Assembly: GCA_919903025.1 (NCBI GenBank)
Contig: CAKKSE010000076.1
Location: forward strand, 1 to 55,083
Reading direction: 5' to 3'
Length of the DNA: 55,083 nt
DNA from: Nitrospiria bacterium
GTDB taxonomy: Bacteria; Nitrospirota; RBG-16-64-22
The translations under genes were made by a program, and so were the position numbers. The notes under the pieces are model-generated. The model had not been told where the DNA came from and made no database searches. It saw only the letters and a list, made by a program, of their open reading frames with translations. The first letter of the stretch is position 1, and the number at the start of each line of letters is the position of its first letter. Positions 1-11,327 of the stretch are shown piece by piece.

Positions 1-35
1 GGGTGAAGAAGCCGAGCTGAGACCCGTTTTTCAAT

Positions 36-77
36 CTCACCCCCACCCTGTCCCTCCCCCATCAAGGGGGAGGGGAT
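36..77 (-). repeat. REP-like GC-rich hairpin with G-tract tail
   Basis: The plus strand reads CTCACCCCCACCCTG + CCCTCCCCC-ATCAA-GGGGGAGGG. The minus strand reads GGGGGaGGGacaGGGtGGGGG. Confidence 0.85.
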
Positions 78-119
78 CTGATTTTCAAGCCGCGTCTCGA
101 TGCGGCCGCCGGTTCGGGT

Positions 120-2096
120 TTAGAACCTGAACGACCCCGAGAACGTGATCTGCCGCCCTCCGGCCGGGAAGGCCGGGGCGATGTCGTACTCCTTGTCGAA
201 CAGGTTCAGGAGGGCGAGCGTCATCCCGACCCGCTTGTCGAACGGCTCCCATGTCGCCGCGAGGTCCGCCGTCGTGACCGCCGCGAGGCGCGTCGCGTTC
301 GTGTCCTCCCAGTACCGCTGACCGATGTAGTTTCCGTAGAGGCCGACCTTCACCTTCATCGGATCGGCCCATACGAGTCCGAGCCTCGCTTCGTGCTGAG
401 GAACGAGGGGCATCTCTTTCCCCTTGTTGGCCCCGTTGGAACGGTTCTCCGAACTGCGGTTCACGTACCGGGCCTGGAGAGAGATCCGGTCGGTGAGGAG
501 GGTATTCAGCGCGCCGCCGAGAGATGTCAGCGCCGCCCGCTCGGGCGCGTAGATGCCGGCTGACGTCCCTCCGCGCACGCGCTGGTGCTCGGCCCAGGCG
601 GAGATGAACGAACGGGTCCCGATCTCCCCTTCCCATCTCGCTTGAATGTCCGTCACCTTCGAACCGACGACGAGGAACGTCTCGTCCACGACGAGGCCGC
701 CGGCCTCCTGCGGGGCGAGCGAGGCGAACTCGTGGGTCTTCATCCGCTGGGCGATCCCGACCCTGAGCGTTTGTCCGGGCGAGAGAGAGATCTGCGAAGC
801 CGCGTGCGGGCCGATGAGAATCTGGTAATCGTTCATGCGGCCGAGTCCTTCGGCCCTGAGCCCGAGATCGAGCATGACGCCGGGCGTCGCCCAGAACTTG
901 TCTCCCGCGTACCCGAACCCTGCACGGATCTTCTCGTCCGTTCCAGGAAGGTAGGAGAGGAACGTCGAAATCGGGCCCTTGAGCGAAGGCGGAAGGGCGT
1001 TCAGGTTCTCGCCGTACGCGAGGTTGAGCGGATACGCCAGCTCGAAGGAGTTCGTCTGAAGGCGCCGGGTCTCGTAATATCCCCCCCCGCCCGTGATGGA
1101 GTGGGATCCGAAGTTCCCCGTCCAGCGGAGGTCGCCGCCCTTCGTCAGGTCGGCCTGCTTCCACTTGATGAGCGCCGTGCCGCCCATCGGGTCGCGGATG
1201 ACCTTCTCCTTGTCGTGGTCGTAGAGGAAGCGGAGCATCAGGCGGTCGTCGCCGGCGAGCTTCTGCGCGTAGCCCAGGTTGATGTTGTACGTCGTTTCCT
1301 TGTACTTCCCGACCGGCCCCATCAGGAGGACGAGCGGATCGATTAGGGGTGTTCCGGCTTTCTCGTAGTCCCAGGCGAAGGTGAAGAGGACTGACTTGTC
1401 GGGTCCGATCCGGTGGCCCATCCCGATATCGAATCCCTTGTTCTTCCATTGCCCGTCGGCGAGCACGCCGCGGTACTGCTCGTCCTCGACCGCCAGGTAG
1501 TAGGCGGACGGACACTTGGCGTCGGGACAGCTCCCGCTCGCCGTCAGGTGATACTCGCGGCCGTGCAGGCGGATCCTGTCCGTCGCTTCGAGCGTTGCGG
1601 TGATCCCGCTCGCCCTCTTGTTCTCGACGGGGTGATACCGGTTGGGGAGATAGACGGCGAGGGGATCGAGCATGAGGCCGAGGAGCGTCTCGCCCGAGCC
1701 AGCCACGGCGTTGCCTTGCGATTCGTTCACGAGCCCCTGGAAGAGGTGCGTGGAAGCCCACGTGGGCGCCACGCTTCCTTGCCGGGCGGCGAGGGCGGCC
1801 GTCCATTCGGCAAGGCCGAACGCGGCGTGACCCGCGCCGACGTGCGGGAAGCCGTCCCGCGTCGCCGGGATCTTGTCGGGCGGCGGCGCGTACGCTTTCA
1901 GCATCGAGAGCGCCTTGTTCCCGCTCTCGACGGCTTCGCCGAGCTGGTATCGGTCAGTCTGGGCCGTTGCCTGGACCAGGGCGGCGGTGGAATCGCCGGC
2001 CGGCGCGGCGGTTTTCGCGGCTGTTTCCCCCGCGAATGTTCCGGTTGGCGACAGTGCGAGCAGACAACAAGAGACGCTGGCCGCGATCCATCTCAT
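120..2096 (-). CDS. outer-membrane beta-barrel protein (TonB-dependent-receptor-like barrel)
   Basis: ORF 120..2219 trimmed to the ATG at 2096, which is preceded by GGAGGGA. Signal peptide MRWIAASVSCCLLALSPTGTFAGE. Long alternating beta-strand pattern and a C-terminal ...ITFSGSFRF ending in Phe. No clear TonB box or plug seen. Confidence 0.5.
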   Translation of the reverse strand: MRWIAASVSCCLLALSPTGTFAGETAAKTAAPAGDSTAALVQATAQTDRYQLGEAVESGNKALSMLKAYAPPPDKIPATRDGFPHVGAGHAAFGLAEWTAALAARQGSVAPTWASTHLFQGLVNESQGNAVAGSGETLLGLMLDPLAVYLPNRYHPVENKRASGITATLEATDRIRLHGREYHLTASGSCPDAKCPSAYYLAVEDEQYRGVLADGQWKNKGFDIGMGHRIGPDKSVLFTFAWDYEKAGTPLIDPLVLLMGPVGKYKETTYNINLGYAQKLAGDDRLMLRFLYDHDKEKVIRDPMGGTALIKWKQADLTKGGDLRWTGNFGSHSITGGGGYYETRRLQTNSFELAYPLNLAYGENLNALPPSLKGPISTFLSYLPGTDEKIRAGFGYAGDKFWATPGVMLDLGLRAEGLGRMNDYQILIGPHAASQISLSPGQTLRVGIAQRMKTHEFASLAPQEAGGLVVDETFLVVGSKVTDIQARWEGEIGTRSFISAWAEHQRVRGGTSAGIYAPERAALTSLGGALNTLLTDRISLQARYVNRSSENRSNGANKGKEMPLVPQHEARLGLVWADPMKVKVGLYGNYIGQRYWEDTNATRLAAVTTADLAATWEPFDKRVGMTLALLNLFDKEYDIAPAFPAGGRQITFSGSFRF

Positions 2097-2302
2097 AGCT
2101 TCCCTCCCCTCGGGCTTCTCAGCCGGCTGGTCGCGCCGTTCGACAAGCGGACGGCACCGCCGGGAACTCCTGCGATCAGGACGAATCACAGACGGAATCG
2201 GTCGCCTCTTGAGAGGCAAAAGGCGGCGAAAGCCTTTGAAATGTAGCCCAAGGGGGGTGGGGAGTCAAGAAATGGGATTTGGCAGGGAGGGTAATCCGCA
2301 AG

Positions 2303-3763
2303 TCACCAATTGAACCTCCCCCGTCGAAGCCATGTGCCGAACCGACCACTCCCCGGTTCTCCTGGGTACGGGTCAGGGTTCTTCTTGCCTTCCCAGTGCA
2401 TCTTGAACCGGACAATGGGTGCCGAAGGATCGGACGTGCGGTCGATGGTGACGACTAGGAAGTTCCGCGAGGGGTAGCGTGGCTTTATCGAGACGTCCAC
2501 CTGCTGTTGCGATTCAGTTCTGATGGCGAAGGAACTGCTGACCTTTCTTACAAGCGAATCCAAACAGCCAGCAGGTCTATTGCTTATCGGCGAACTCGTG
2601 GCCTGGACGATCTTCAAGCCAGTGCCCTGAAGCTTCGCTTCCGCAAACGTGCCCACATGCACGTCTCCACCCAGAATGAACACCTGTCGAGTCCGACCGT
2701 TCGCGAGCCAGTCGAACAGTCTGTCCAGGAGCCACTTGCGGTCCGCCTTGTTGATTTCGTGGGACCACTGATCGGCCACGTCCGACGTGGGAAACCATGT
2801 CCATCGGGGAGATAGATGGAACATTGGGACCGAGGAGACGACGAAAAGAAGCTGAGATGCGCTGCATTCGTCCCGGACGAAACGGACAATCCAGTCTCGC
2901 TGGGCGTCTCCCAATAGCTGGCGGTTCCAGGACTGCCGGTGTCCTCTGAGATCGAGGACCAGGAAAGCCGCTTTCCCAACGTGGAAGCCGTAGTAGAGCG
3001 CGCTGGGGTCCGAGGGATTCTGGGGGTTATGGGAGTGCTGGAATTCCACGTACGCTTTTCGAGCGGCCTGAAAGATGGATTGGTGCGCCAGGTAGGCGTG
3101 CTCCGGCTCGGAACCCCATCCGTTCGTGATTTCGTGATCGTCCCAGATCATGTACTGGGGAATATCGGCCATTGCTTCCCGGACGTCCGGCAGGCCCAAG
3201 TATTGGGGATAGAGAGACCGGTACAGTCTCAGGCGCTTTGCGAAACGGCTCGGATCGTCCTCGGAAAGGGCTAGGCTCTGTTGCCAGGCCTGCCCTGCTT
3301 CATCCGCGTAGACCTGATCGCCGACGAGAAGAAGAAATCTGGCCTGTTCCCGGATCAATTCCGCCCGGAGTGCGCGCCACATCACCGTCCCGCGAGGCTG
3401 TTTGTACTTGAAGGGCTGATGACAGGAGGCCACGGCGAACGCAAGACGGTCGGGATGTTGTTCGGGAAGGGTCATGAAAGTATGAAGATCATCATGAAGC
3501 TTTCGGGCGTCGTGGATAAGCCTGTAGTAGTAGCGGCGGTCGGGTTCGGGGAGCGGGATTTCGCAAACGCCGGTGAGCCCGGCTTCGGGTGAGGTCTCGA
3601 TTGGGAAAGGAGAGCCGGAGATGGGACGCGTTCCCTGGGAATCGAGGAAGACCTCGCACCTTACGGCGGTCTCGCCTTGGGCGGGCTGATCGGTATGTGC
3701 CCAGATTCGGGCGGAGTTCTTCGTCACGTGGCCGACGATCGGGCCGAGGATGAGGTTTGTCAT
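2303..3763 (-). CDS. PhoD-like phosphatase (metallophosphoesterase)
   Basis: 486-aa ORF with LLLVGDQVYADE, MIWDDHEITNGWG and ILGGDVHVG metallophosphatase/PhoD-type motifs. Confidence 0.7.
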   Translation of the reverse strand: MTNLILGPIVGHVTKNSARIWAHTDQPAQGETAVRCEVFLDSQGTRPISGSPFPIETSPEAGLTGVCEIPLPEPDRRYYYRLIHDARKLHDDLHTFMTLPEQHPDRLAFAVASCHQPFKYKQPRGTVMWRALRAELIREQARFLLLVGDQVYADEAGQAWQQSLALSEDDPSRFAKRLRLYRSLYPQYLGLPDVREAMADIPQYMIWDDHEITNGWGSEPEHAYLAHQSIFQAARKAYVEFQHSHNPQNPSDPSALYYGFHVGKAAFLVLDLRGHRQSWNRQLLGDAQRDWIVRFVRDECSASQLLFVVSSVPMFHLSPRWTWFPTSDVADQWSHEINKADRKWLLDRLFDWLANGRTRQVFILGGDVHVGTFAEAKLQGTGLKIVQATSSPISNRPAGCLDSLVRKVSSSFAIRTESQQQVDVSIKPRYPSRNFLVVTIDRTSDPSAPIVRFKMHWEGKKNPDPYPGEPGSGRFGTWLRRGRFNW

Positions 3764-3800
3764 GGAGGGATTCCTGGCCGTATGAGTTGGCGGTTTACGA

Positions 3801-6023
<2,223 letters not shown>

Positions 6024-6025
6024 GG

Positions 6026-6514
6026 CTACTGCTCCTCCGCAAAGAGATCTCCTTGCGCCGCTGGAGGCACGTCGAATCCGCAGTCCGCCAGCATTGCGCG
6101 GATGGCCCCTCGGAAGTCGGCGAAACGGGCGGTCGGTTCGGCATGGGAGTCCTCGCGCAATCCCGACTCGTTCTGGTAGTGTTCGGTCGCCGTGTGTACA
6201 TGGAAATCGTAGAACGTCTCCCGCTCAAGGACGTTCGTATGCTCATGACTCCTGCCATTATACCGCCGAAGCCGGAAAAGCTGGTTCGTTTTCGGCGGCC
6301 GGTAGGCAAGGATAACCGAGAAGTCGAGCGGATTGAACTCGCTCTGCCGAAGGATCAGTCGAAACTCGGACCCTTCGGCTCCGTTCACGTCCAACTCCCG
6401 CTCCTTGTGGCCGCGCTTTGGCTTGGTCTGGGTGCGTTCCCTGTAGTCGGGAGGCAGAGGTTTCCGTTCGGCCAGAAGGCGGGAAATCTCCGTCTCGCTC
6501 AGGCGAATCTCCAT
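6026..6514 (-). CDS. hypothetical protein (162 aa) nested in the R-M locus
   Basis: ORF track entry 6026..7267 trimmed to [11 protein letters not shown] at 6514; the upstream part overlaps res in another frame. His-rich segment [12 protein letters not shown]...[14 protein letters not shown]. Starts 32 nt after the res stop. Confidence 0.55.
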   Translation of the reverse strand: MEIRLSETEISRLLAERKPLPPDYRERTQTKPKRGHKERELDVNGAEGSEFRLILRQSEFNPLDFSVILAYRPPKTNQLFRLRRYNGRSHEHTNVLERETFYDFHVHTATEHYQNESGLREDSHAEPTARFADFRGAIRAMLADCGFDVPPAAQGDLFAEEQ

Positions 6515-6546
6515 CGTGCCGCTTCTCCCGATTGCCTCGGCCGGAT

Positions 6547-8529
6547 CTATCCAAGGAGCCGATGAGCCGCCCGAACCTGATCGACCGTGACGGCGTCCGT
6601 GGCCGTAAAGATCATCTCGTACTTGATGCGGTCGGGGTTCATCTCTTCCCACTTGCGAAGGGCCATGGCCTTGCGGCCGCGCTCCCCGTCGAGCGGGTGC
6701 GTGCGGTCGCGTTCCCTCTTGATTTCGACAATGATGACCTTCCCCGTGCCGGGATTGCCGCCCGCTTCCGGTTTCTTGCGGATGACGAAGTCGGGCGTGT
6801 AGCGGCGCCACTTGCCCTTGTCGTCCTTGTATTCGACGAAGAAATCGGTCTTTCCGGGGTCCGTCAAGGCCCCGGTGAAGTAGATGTCCTCGACTTCTGT
6901 AGGTTTCAGATTCAGATGGTACAGCATCTGCTCGAAGAAACTCTTCTCGGGGTTGGAGTCGAAGTTGTAAGGGTCGTAGTGGAAGCCGAAAGGCCCCGCC
7001 TTGTCCCGCCAGATTTCGAAACGGGCCAGAAGGCTCTCGCGGTCTTTCGGGTAGACGATTTCGGCCGTATAGATTTCCGCGCCATCGGCGTCCAGCTCTC
7101 TTGCGAAACCCTCCGGCTTGACGAGGGCAAGGGCGACATCCACCTTCTCTTCTATCACGTCGTAGAACCGGGTCTGTCTTTCGATCTGGTCGGCGAGTTC
7201 GCCAATGTGTGATTCGGGGATCTCTTCGTCCCTGTAAAGCCTTCTCAATTCGTCGTAGACCCGCCACAGATCGAGCCGGTAGCGGGTGGAGAGGTCCACA
7301 GCCGCGGCATAGGCGTCGAGGCCTTCCGGCAGGGTTTCGATGATGAGTGCGTCTCCCACCTGCCGAAGAACGCTTGGGGTCGCCGCCTGTTCGGCGACGG
7401 TGAAGGTTCGCTTTTCCAGCAAATCGCCAACACTGCCCAAGGGCCGCTCAAGAATGAGGGGAGGGAATTCGCCTTCCCTCTTGACTACGGTCCGAATGAC
7501 GCGCGTCACGACAACGGGTGGCAAGTCGAGCTTCTGGAGGACGATTCGGGTGCGGCGTGTTTCCTCTCCTGTCCGGTTGAGATCGGAAATGGTCTCTCCA
7601 TACGTTTCCTGCAACTGACGGTCGAGAACGCCGAAGTTGTCCGTGGAAAGATAGACGCGTGCCTTCATTGTGTTGCCGGGGACTTGGCGTAGGCAACGGG
7701 TGGCGGCCTGGAGAACGAAGTTGTTGGATGTCTTGAGCTTGCGGGCCAGAGCGCAGGCAAAAAGGCTGGGGCAGTTCCACCCCTCGGTCCCCTTGTTCAC
7801 GAGCAGAATCACGCGATGTGGCGCCGCCGGATCGTTCAGGCGGTTGAAGGCGTCGATGTCGGTTTGCTTTGTGAGCGACTCGTCAGAGGTGTTGACCAGG
7901 CAGAGGGCTGGGCTCTGGCCTGCCTTGACGAGCGCTTTGTCGATGGCCGGTTTCAGTTCCTTCAAGTCATCGGTCTGGGGGAAATAGATCGCGAGTTTCG
8001 CGGGCGCGCCGTTGGGCAGTTGCACGCCTCCGTAGTCCCTGAAAAAGTCCTCGACGACGTAGGCCACATATTTCTTGGCGTTCCCGTCGAAATCGTAGGC
8101 CTGAATATTGCCCGCCAAGTCCTTAAGGATTCCGTCCCGGATTCCCTCGGAAAGGCCGTACCAGATGACCACGTCCTTCAGCGGCTGGCGCTGGAAGTAC
8201 GGTGTGCCAGTCGTGTTGACGACGCAAAGAAGGTTTGTGTTGGCCGCCAGGTAGTCCACGGTCTTACGGACCTTCTTAAGTTCCGTGTCGAGCGATTGTC
8301 CGTAGGTGTGATGCGCCTCGTCCGAAAACACGGCCAAGTGTGGGAGGCTCGCGATAGCCTGAAGGCGGAGGTTTGCCACTTCCGCGCGGGCCTCATCCTC
8401 CCGATTGCCCGTCTCGGTTTCCCGCGCCCATTCAAGGATTTCCGCAATGGCCGGGAAAGCCTCGCAGGTGTACCCGTCGGCCCGCCAAGAGTCCACTCGT
8501 ACCGCAATCTGCTGGTGCAGGTGCATCAT
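6547..8529 (-). CDS. type III restriction Res-like SF2 helicase/PD-ExK nuclease, lacking helicase motif I
   Basis: DEAH box FSDEAHH at about aa 70, motif III NTTGTPYF, motif VI QAATRCLRQ. C-terminal nuclease motif YTPDFVI...VIIVEIK. No GxGKT/S Walker A anywhere. Only about 70 aa precede the DEAH box. Confidence 0.6.
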   Translation of the reverse strand: MMHLHQQIAVRVDSWRADGYTCEAFPAIAEILEWARETETGNREDEARAEVANLRLQAIASLPHLAVFSDEAHHTYGQSLDTELKKVRKTVDYLAANTNLLCVVNTTGTPYFQRQPLKDVVIWYGLSEGIRDGILKDLAGNIQAYDFDGNAKKYVAYVVEDFFRDYGGVQLPNGAPAKLAIYFPQTDDLKELKPAIDKALVKAGQSPALCLVNTSDESLTKQTDIDAFNRLNDPAAPHRVILLVNKGTEGWNCPSLFACALARKLKTSNNFVLQAATRCLRQVPGNTMKARVYLSTDNFGVLDRQLQETYGETISDLNRTGEETRRTRIVLQKLDLPPVVVTRVIRTVVKREGEFPPLILERPLGSVGDLLEKRTFTVAEQAATPSVLRQVGDALIIETLPEGLDAYAAAVDLSTRYRLDLWRVYDELRRLYRDEEIPESHIGELADQIERQTRFYDVIEEKVDVALALVKPEGFARELDADGAEIYTAEIVYPKDRESLLARFEIWRDKAGPFGFHYDPYNFDSNPEKSFFEQMLYHLNLKPTEVEDIYFTGALTDPGKTDFFVEYKDDKGKWRRYTPDFVIRKKPEAGGNPGTGKVIIVEIKRERDRTHPLDGERGRKAMALRKWEEMNPDRIKYEMIFTATDAVTVDQVRAAHRLLG

Positions 8530-8774
8530 GCGGGGTCTCTCTCGGCAAGATGAGGGTTGTTGCCTTGCAGGGCCATGACAACGCCACTCCTTGTGGTCCG
8601 CGCAATACTATCACACATCTCGCCGTTTTCTACATGAACGAGGACGTGAAGCTCGACTACCTCTATGCGGGTGTCTGCTTGATGGGCGCGGTCTACTTCA
8701 TGTTCCGCTCGGCGGGCGCGGCTACGGCCTGAGAGAGCGTCATCCTGATCGACAACCCCCTGCAGCCGCGGGAG

Positions 8775-9221
8775 CTAAGGGAGTCTCTGGCCCCGGAGCG
8801 GATTTACGACGGCGATTCCGCCTTCGGATTGGAACCCGGAATCCGCCGTAAGAAGGCATCGAACCCCGAATTCCTTCATGCATCCGACGAGCGTCGCATC
8901 GTAGACATCCGCCCCTTCTTTCCTCCGGCTCACGGCCCACTCCAGGGTGTATGCGACCGACATTTCGCCCGGGATCAGAAGGCGCGATTCGTTCCTTATG
9001 AGTAAGACGATCTCAGCCGCTGCGACGGGAGACAAAGGCCGGGGCCTGGAGCGCCGGTGAGTGATTTGCGCATAGAGCTCGAACAGGATCTGCGGCGAGA
9101 CCGCGGCTTCGCAGCCGGCGTCGGGAAGGCCGGCGAGAGCTTTCCGGGCGGTTGCATGATGGGGGCTGTCCGCGTCGAGGGCGTAGACGAAGATGTTCGT
9201 GTCAACGAGAACGAGATCCAT
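8775..9221 (-). CDS. vapC: PIN-domain toxin VapC
   Basis: MDLVLVDTNIFVYALD N-terminus with the acidic PIN residues, 148 aa, directly downstream of a small RHH gene. Confidence 0.8.
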   Translation of the reverse strand: MDLVLVDTNIFVYALDADSPHHATARKALAGLPDAGCEAAVSPQILFELYAQITHRRSRPRPLSPVAAAEIVLLIRNESRLLIPGEMSVAYTLEWAVSRRKEGADVYDATLVGCMKEFGVRCLLTADSGFQSEGGIAVVNPLRGQRLP

Positions 9222-9426
9222 ACAGCTCCTTGCGGGTGAGAGGGGGGCGCCCGCCGAGGTGTATCTCGGGTAGGGCGGACAGAGGCCGTTTTGTTCTCTG
9301 AATGTAGCTCGCCGCGGCGCGCCGAATAATGTCGCTCTTGCTCGTTTTCTCCTTCTTGGCGATCTGCTTTAGGTCGGCGACCAAGCGTTGCGGCAAAAGA
9401 ACCTGCGTTCGAACCGTCTTTTCCAT
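9202..9426 (-). CDS. vapB: ribbon-helix-helix (CopG-like) antitoxin VapB
   Basis: 74 aa. N-terminal beta-strand VRTQVLLPQRLVADLKQIAKKEKTSKSDIIRRAA typical of RHH. GGAGGA lies 5 nt upstream of the ATG. Overlaps the vapC start by 20 nt. Confidence 0.65.
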   Translation of the reverse strand: MEKTVRTQVLLPQRLVADLKQIAKKEKTSKSDIIRRAAASYIQRTKRPLSALPEIHLGGRPPLTRKELYGSRSR

Positions 9427-9437
9427 ATGTCCTCCAG

Positions 9438-9456
9438 TGTGTATGGCTTATACACA
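9438..9456. promoter_or_regulatory. perfect inverted repeat TGTGTAT-N5-ATACACA upstream of vapB (candidate autoregulatory operator)
   Basis: Read directly from the sequence. Lies immediately upstream of the vapB SD. The minus strand contains TATAAG. Confidence 0.35.
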
Positions 9457-9529
9457 ACTCTAACGGTCGTTCCTCCCTCCGTCAAGCAGGAAGAGAGCCG
9501 TTCCATGCCGGCCTCGGGATCCCGTTCGA

Positions 9530-10393
9530 TCAGGAGCGAAGGAGCGACCGGAGGGCGAGCCAGAGGTACCAGGGGCGCTCGCGGACGCGGCGGAGGGTGT
9601 AGGGGAGCCACTCGGCCCCGAAGGGGACGTAGATCCGGACTCCGTGCCCCTCCGCGAGAAGCCGTTGCTGGAGGTCGGGGCGGATGCCGAGGAGCATCTG
9701 AAACTCGAATCTCCCGGGCGGGGCGTTCAGGCGGCGGGCCAAGTCTTTCGCCGCCTGAATCAAGACGGCGTCGTGCGTGGCGATTGCCGTGTCACGCCCT
9801 TCCCGCAGGAGCCGATCGAGGAGGCGGAGGAAGCTGGCGCGGATCTCGTTCATCCGCGTGTGGGCGATCGTTGCCGGCTCTTTGTACGCGCCCTTCACGA
9901 GGCGGACGGAGGCTCCCTCGGCGAGGAGGCCGGAGAGGTCCGCCGCGCTTCGCTTGAGCCGGGCCTGGAGGGCGATCTGGACGCTTCCCGGGAACTTGCC
10001 GTTCAGCCTCCGGTAGATGGCAAGTGCGGCGTCCGTCGTGGACGAGTCTTCCATGTCGATTCCCACGCGGATTCCGCGGAGAACGGCGTGCCCAGTCACC
10101 GTTTCAAGGAGCCCGAGGCAGAATGCCTCCCCTAGTTCCAGGCCGAGGTGCGTCGGCTTGAGGGCGATCATGGCGCCCAGGTTCTCGGCGGCGAGGCGCT
10201 CGACGAGGTCCTCGTACGAACGCGCGGCCGTCTTTGCGTCCTCCTCCCGGCGGACGTGTTCTCCCAGGAGGTCCAGAATTGAAGAGAATCCCCGCGCGTG
10301 AAGCGTCCGGGCCACGGCGAGGGCGTCTTCGACCGTCTTTCCGGCGATGAACCGGCGGGCGAGAGGGAAGAGAAGGCGGGACAGCACGCTCAT
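9530..10393 (-). CDS. proline dehydrogenase
   Basis: ORF trimmed to MSVLSRLLFPLARRFIAGKTVEDA at 10393, 4 nt after the carbamate kinase stop. About 287 aa, with the layout of a monofunctional proline dehydrogenase. Confidence 0.7.
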   Translation of the reverse strand: MSVLSRLLFPLARRFIAGKTVEDALAVARTLHARGFSSILDLLGEHVRREEDAKTAARSYEDLVERLAAENLGAMIALKPTHLGLELGEAFCLGLLETVTGHAVLRGIRVGIDMEDSSTTDAALAIYRRLNGKFPGSVQIALQARLKRSAADLSGLLAEGASVRLVKGAYKEPATIAHTRMNEIRASFLRLLDRLLREGRDTAIATHDAVLIQAAKDLARRLNAPPGRFEFQMLLGIRPDLQQRLLAEGHGVRIYVPFGAEWLPYTLRRVRERPWYLWLALRSLLRS

Positions 10394-10397
10394 CTCG

Positions 10398-11327
10398 CTA
10401 CGGCACGATCCGCGTGCCGGCCTTGCCTTCGAAGCCGGCCTCGATCTTGTCCGGTGTGGTGATGACGACCATCTTGCCGCCCTTTTCGAGGAAGTCGATC
10501 GCCGCCTCGATCTTGGGCCCCATGCTTCCCGGCAGGAACTCGCCCGCTTCAAGATACGCGCGCGCGCGCTTGACGGTCATGGCGCCAATGGGAACCTGGT
10601 CGGGCTTCCCGTATCCCGTGCAGACCTGCTCGACGGTCGTTCCGATCAGGAGGGCGCTCGCGCCGATCGCGGCGCCGAGCAGGGCCGCGGTCAGGTCCTT
10701 GTCGATGACGGCGTCCACGCCCCGGAGAAGACCGGCCTCGCTCCGGACGACGGGGATGCCGCCGCCGCCGGCCGCGATGACGGCGATGCCCGCCTCCGCC
10801 ATCCGGCGGATCGCGTCCTCCTCGACGATGCGGAGCGGGCGGGGCGACGGGACGACGCGGCGCCACCCCCGGCCCGCGTCCTCGCGGACGGTCCATCCCC
10901 GGTCAGCGGCGAGGGCCATCGCCTCGGCCTTCGTGTAGAACGGCCCCACGGGCTTTGCCGGGTTCGAGAAGGCCGGGTCGGCCGGATCGACGAGGACCTG
11001 GGTGACGACGGCGGCGATCGGGAGATCCGGGCCGATCTCGTTCTCCAGCGTCTGCTGGACGAGGAGGCCGATCTCCCCCTGCGATTCGGCGTCGCAGACG
11101 TAGAGGGGCATCGGCGCGGCGCGGTCGTACGCGGCCTCGGTCTGGAGAAGCAGGTTCCCGACGATGGGGCCGTTTCCGTGCGTGAAGACGACCTGATATC
11201 CCCGCCGGATCAGCCGGGCCGCGGGCGCGACGGCTTCGCGCATGTGGGCGAACTGCTCCTCGATGGTTCCCCGCTCGCCGGGGCGGATGAGGGTATTCCC
11301 GCCCAAGGCGACGACGAGCCTCTTCAC
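10398..11327 (-). CDS. arcC: carbamate kinase
   Basis: MKRLVVALGGNTL...FTHGNGPIVGNLLLQ...IAAGGGGIPV. GTG start in a GTGA overlap with the upstream stop. Confidence 0.85.
   Translation of the reverse strand: MKRLVVALGGNTLIRPGERGTIEEQFAHMREAVAPAARLIRRGYQVVFTHGNGPIVGNLLLQTEAAYDRAAPMPLYVCDAESQGEIGLLVQQTLENEIGPDLPIAAVVTQVLVDPADPAFSNPAKPVGPFYTKAEAMALAADRGWTVREDAGRGWRRVVPSPRPLRIVEEDAIRRMAEAGIAVIAAGGGGIPVVRSEAGLLRGVDAVIDKDLTAALLGAAIGASALLIGTTVEQVCTGYGKPDQVPIGAMTVKRARAYLEAGEFLPGSMGPKIEAAIDFLEKGGKMVVITTPDKIEAGFEGKAGTRIVP

Noticed and set aside
85-1806. 573-aa Arg/Pro/Gly-rich ORF on the same strand as the outer-membrane barrel gene, in another frame. Similar long ORFs occur at 15807..17438, 22726..23820, 34607..36724, 38710..40056 and 49100..50692.
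   Set aside because: Their composition is extremely biased (R, P, G, D, E runs). They lie fully inside, antisense to, or out of frame with genes that have clear family motifs. This is the expected absence of stop codons in non-coding frames of a roughly 65% GC genome.
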